Shown here in pieces: positions 60,711-64,000 of a DNA stretch of 64,000 nucleotides; the stretch's first letter is position 1; each line of letters opens with the position of its first letter. The translations under genes were made by a program, and so were the position numbers. The stretch is from the NCBI GenBank assembly GCA_900552235.1, contig URYZ01000001.1, positions 177 to 64,176 of the forward strand, in the 5' to 3' direction. The DNA comes from an uncultured Mycoplasmatota bacterium. Lineage in GTDB: Bacteria > Bacillota_I > Bacilli_A > RF39 > UBA660. The notes under the pieces were generated by a model, which ran no database searches, was not told the origin of the DNA, and saw only the letters and a list, made by a program, of their open reading frames with translations.

Positions 60711-62163
60711 AAAAACCTCCTGGAATTAAATTTAAATCTAGTTCTTTTTCTATATAACTTGCTAGTTTATATATTGTTTTTTCATCATATTTATTACCAA
60801 TTATTTGAAGTCCAATTGGTAAATTATTAACAGAAAAACCAATTGGCATACTAAGTGCAGGATTACCTGTCATATTAACAGGATTAGTTAAAATATCATC
60901 ATAGAAACTCTTTAAAGCATCATTATTATTACTATTTAAATCATAAGCATATGATGTTGTTGTAGGTCCTATCATAAGATCATATGAAGAAAATATATTT
61001 TTAAAAGAATTATCAATACTTTTTCTTATTTTTAAAGCTTTTTCATAATACTTTCTAGCATTAACACCACTTAATAAATAAGAACCTACCATTATTCTTC
61101 TTTTAACTTCTTCCCCAAAACCTTCACTTCTTGTTTTTGTATAAACTTCTTCCATACAACCAGCATTTAAACTTGAATAACCATATTTTATACCATCAAA
61201 CCTAGCTAAATTACTACTTAATTCTCCAAGTGCTATTATTTGATATAAACTAACTGAATTTTCTAAATAAGGAACGTCCACTATATCAATAGTTACACCA
61301 CTTTTTTTTAACATAGAACACACTTCATTAAATTTATTTAATATTTCTTCATTAATTATATCTGATAGATAAAATTTAGGAATAGCTATTTTTAAATCTT
61401 TTATGTCTTCTCCAATTAAAGATGTAAAATCTTCATAAGTATCAAAACTTGTTAAATCACGATTATCTTTTCCACTAATAGCATTTAATAAAAGAGCATT
61501 TTCATATACATTTCTTGTCATTGGTCCAATTTGATCAAGTGAAGATGAAAAAGCAATTAAACCATATCTTGATACCCTACCATATGTTGGCTTTAAACCT
61601 ACTATTCCACACATTGAAGAAGGTTGTCTTATACTTCCTCCTGTATCAGTTCCTAAAGCAAATGGTGTAAGTCTTGCACTAACACAAGCTGCAGCACCAC
61701 CACTTGAACCACCTGGAATACATGTTTTATCCCATGGATTTAAAACATTTCCAAAATAACTTGTCCTGTTAGTAGAACCACATGCAAACTCATCCATATT
61801 AAGCTTTCCAATAATAATCATACCTTTTTCTTTAAGCTTAGATATTACAAAAGCATCATATATTGGAACAAAATTTTCTAACATTTTAGAAGCACAAGTT
61901 GTTCTTATATTCTTAGTACAAATATTATCTTTAATAGCTATAGGAAGACCAAATAAAAGATTATCAACTTCTTTATTTTCAAGTTCTTTAGCACATTTTA
62001 AAGCTTCTTCTTTATTTAATGTAATAAAACAATTTAAATCACTATTTTTTTCAATACGATCAATTGCTTCGTTAACTAAATCAATAGGTAATATTTTCTT
62101 TTCTTTTAATAATTTATTTATTTCTGTTATATTTAAATCTAAATAATTATTCATCAAAAACAC
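60700..62163 (-). CDS. gatA: Glu-tRNA(Gln) amidotransferase subunit A (amidase)
   Basis: It carries the amidase signature GGSSGGAAACVSA. Confidence 0.95.
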   Translation of the reverse strand: MFLMNNYLDLNITEINKLLKEKKILPIDLVNEAIDRIEKNSDLNCFITLNKEEALKCAKELENKEVDNLLFGLPIAIKDNICTKNIRTTCASKMLENFVPIYDAFVISKLKEKGMIIIGKLNMDEFACGSTNRTSYFGNVLNPWDKTCIPGGSSGGAAACVSARLTPFALGTDTGGSIRQPSSMCGIVGLKPTYGRVSRYGLIAFSSSLDQIGPMTRNVYENALLLNAISGKDNRDLTSFDTYEDFTSLIGEDIKDLKIAIPKFYLSDIINEEILNKFNEVCSMLKKSGVTIDIVDVPYLENSVSLYQIIALGELSSNLARFDGIKYGYSSLNAGCMEEVYTKTRSEGFGEEVKRRIMVGSYLLSGVNARKYYEKALKIRKSIDNSFKNIFSSYDLMIGPTTTSYAYDLNSNNNDALKSFYDDILTNPVNMTGNPALSMPIGFSVNNLPIGLQIIGNKYDEKTIYKLASYIEKELDLNLIPGGFYEK

Positions 62164-62440
62164 CCCTTACTTCGATATAATCTTCATATACATCTGGTGC
62201 ATTAGCTAAAACAGGTTTTTTATCTATTTCATATACATAAGATTTATCCCTTAAACTACAAGGATTATCACAAGGACTAATTAATAATTCATCTGTACTT
62301 TCATTAACTAAAAGTATTTTTTCTATTTCATCAAATAAATCCTTTAAATCTTTTCTATACTTTTCTATCTCTTCATCACTAAGTTCTAATCTTGCAAGTT
62401 TAGCAACATGTAAAACTTCTTCCTTACTTAACTTATCCAT
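62147..62440 (-). CDS. gatC: Glu-tRNA(Gln) amidotransferase subunit C
   Basis: It is 97 aa and lies upstream of gatA/gatB, which is the canonical operon. Confidence 0.9.
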   Translation of the reverse strand: MDKLSKEEVLHVAKLARLELSDEEIEKYRKDLKDLFDEIEKILLVNESTDELLISPCDNPCSLRDKSYVYEIDKKPVLANAPDVYEDYIEVRGVFDE

Positions 62441-62631
62441 AATTTCCTTCTTTCTAATTACTAAATAATTAAACTCTTAAATATTATACCAAAAAATATA
62501 CACTTTTTCCATATTTTTATTAAAATAAAAGAACTATGACTAATCATAATTCTAAAGTTTTATTAATTACTTAATTTCTACTTCTTCCATTTTGGGTTTT
62601 TTAATTTTTTCCAACGAATACCCATGTGAGG

Positions 62632-64000
62632 CTATTCATTGGAAATTACAAGACGCGAAGAGTAGCCAGAAGCCGAAATACCATAGCTGCCGGCGAAGCC
62701 AAACACTCCTGCACCTGCAGTCGCACCAAAGTAGTAGCTGCCGCCACGATAGAACCATGGGTAAATCGTATTAGCGAAGTAAACGCTATCACTATACCAG
62801 CCAGCTGTTTCTGTTAAGGCATGACCTGTATAAGATGATTCTGTATATAAATTATAATATTTACTATCCGGAAAAGAAACTCCTGTATATGTTGTTCCAT
62901 CTTTTAACATACCAGTAAAGCCTGAATTATATGATGAACTATCGCCAGATCTTGGGTTACCATTTGTATCTGCAAGTACTCCCATGACATATTCACTTGC
63001 TCCACCACTCATATCATATATTCCATATATATTCTTTGTTGTTGAAGCTCCTGTTCCTTTTCCCTTTGCCTTTTTTCCTTTTGTATTTGTATCATAGTTT
63101 AATAAATAATCATCATATGTATAAAATCCATATGTATTATAATTTGTTGTACTTGTTTGATCGGTATATGTTCCATTTATTGGTGTCTTCCCTGCTGCTC
63201 CTCCACTTCGCCCTGTATAATATCCTTCACTATTATTTATATATACTTCAGTACATGTTGTACTAGTAGTACATCTTCCATAGATACTTTGAGTTAAGTA
63301 AGCTACTGCTCCCCATTCATTATTTTTACTCATATGGGTATCTACTTCGCTTGAAACAAATCCAAAACTATTTCCTGTTTGTTCCATACTTCTACTTGCA
63401 AAAAAGAAATTACTTACATTATTATATCTTAAACTTTTTACATTTGGTTTTATTATTATGCCATTTGCGTTACTACATGTTGTAGTTGTACACCCTAAAT
63501 TATTGTTAGTTGTACTTGATGATAAGGTACTGTGACTCACTTCAAACTTAGCATACCAAAATCCACTTAACTCTTTTGTTCCAAAAGTAAAGGCATCAAT
63601 TGCTGTTTCATTTTGTTTTACAAATGTTACATCTATTGCTCCAGGATTATCTTTTGTTCCTCCATTATAATTACTTGGTGTTACTACATTAAATCTTGGT
63701 ATCCATACCCACATTGTTGTTATATCATTCATACTTATTGCTGTACCTATACTTGCATTTAAATATTTACTTCTACTTGAACTTGTTACAGTTACCGCAT
63801 TAGCCCACATCCCATTATTATAATTATACCATTTATAAGTATTATTAGGATTAGCTAAATCTGCTTTTTTCCATGTTTCTGTTGTTTCATCATAATAAAC
63901 TGGGAGCATGTTTGATACTAGAACTGGTGCATTTGGTTTTTTTTCTATTTTCCCTACAGTAGCTTCAATTACATTACTACTTGTTTTTGTAAAACTAAAT
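62632..64000 (-). CDS. Paralogue of 33577..35445 (TasA-like N-region plus FGE/SUMF1-like C-type-lectin-fold domain), 5' end beyond the window; it has a GC-rich, A-depleted 3' end
   Basis: The reading frame stays open to position 64000 (FSFTKTSSNVIEATVGKIEKKPNAPVLVSNMLPVYYDE...). It is about 90% identical to gene 33577..35445 through NANGIIIKPNVKSLRYNNVSNFFFASRSMEQTGNSFGF...DTHMSKNNEWGAVAYLTQSIYGRC. Its C-terminal 40 aa (FYRGGSYYFGATAGAGVFGFAGSYGISASGYSSRLVISNE) are unique. Confidence 0.7.
   Translation of the reverse strand, partial: FSFTKTSSNVIEATVGKIEKKPNAPVLVSNMLPVYYDETTETWKKADLANPNNTYKWYNYNNGMWANAVTVTSSSRSKYLNASIGTAISMNDITTMWVWIPRFNVVTPSNYNGGTKDNPGAIDVTFVKQNETAIDAFTFGTKELSGFWYAKFEVSHSTLSSSTTNNNLGCTTTTCSNANGIIIKPNVKSLRYNNVSNFFFASRSMEQTGNSFGFVSSEVDTHMSKNNEWGAVAYLTQSIYGRCTTSTTCTEVYINNSEGYYTGRSGGAAGKTPINGTYTDQTSTTNYNTYGFYTYDDYLLNYDTNTKGKKAKGKGTGASTTKNIYGIYDMSGGASEYVMGVLADTNGNPRSGDSSSYNSGFTGMLKDGTTYTGVSFPDSKYYNLYTESSYTGHALTETAGWYSDSVYFANTIYPWFYRGGSYYFGATAGAGVFGFAGSYGISASGYSSRLVISNE

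Noticed and set aside
62592-62817. Two plus-strand ORFs (62592..62774, 62626..62817) in the GC-rich stretch
   Set aside because: They are artefacts of the unusually GC-rich 3' end of the minus-strand lectin-domain gene. The minus-strand frame is the conserved one, paralogous to 33577..35445.

Overview
This is a 64 kb chromosomal segment from a very low-GC (about 27% by eye) Firmicute that uses the standard genetic code. The gene order is Bacillus-like, and spoIVA is present, so the organism is probably a spore-former.

Most of the window is housekeeping, nearly all on the minus strand:
- tmk(partial)-dfrA-thyA, then a dinJ-yafQ toxin-antitoxin pair
- sepF-divIVA, then rodZ-pgsA-recA
- type B RNase P RNA (rnpB) next to gpsB, then recU-ponA and an LCP protein
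- relA-dtd, and a SAM-I riboswitch in front of metK
- ylbL/ylbJ, a partial comG-like pseudopilin/ATPase set, and ddl
- an AlgI/AlgJ-like O-acyltransferase pair
- nth-dnaD-cca-hup, spoIVA, a rhomboid protease, and ruvAB-queA-tgt
- ftsY-ylxM, rpsD, an LtaS-like enzyme, a degenerate GGDEF protein, and gatCAB

The accessory part is a family of paralogous secreted proteins:
- Copies sit at 30.8-35.4 kb, 38.4-39.2 kb and 62.6->64 kb.
- The N-domain looks like TasA/camelysin/CotN with a SipW-type signal peptide.
- The C-domain is a C-type-lectin-fold module, either FGE/SUMF1-like or DUF1566-like.

The most striking feature is a diversity-generating-retroelement (DGR) signature:
- An orphan ~180-nt module rich in AAC/AAT codons (a candidate template repeat) lies 320 bp downstream of its homologue at the 3' end of gene 31858..33390 (a candidate variable repeat).
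- Over 22 codons, all 14 substitutions are at adenines of the orphan copy.
- Both copies are followed by GC-rich hairpins that covary.
- No reverse transcriptase or avd gene is present in the window.

Other points of note:
- a GT4-domain ORF fused to the last 38 codons of glmS, a genomic scar
- the toxin-antitoxin cassette bracketed by 27-bp direct repeats
- an A7 tract that splits a small C1q/BclA-like ORF
- an unusually long ThyA
- a TasA/CotN-like gene next to a processive GT2 synthase and spoIVA
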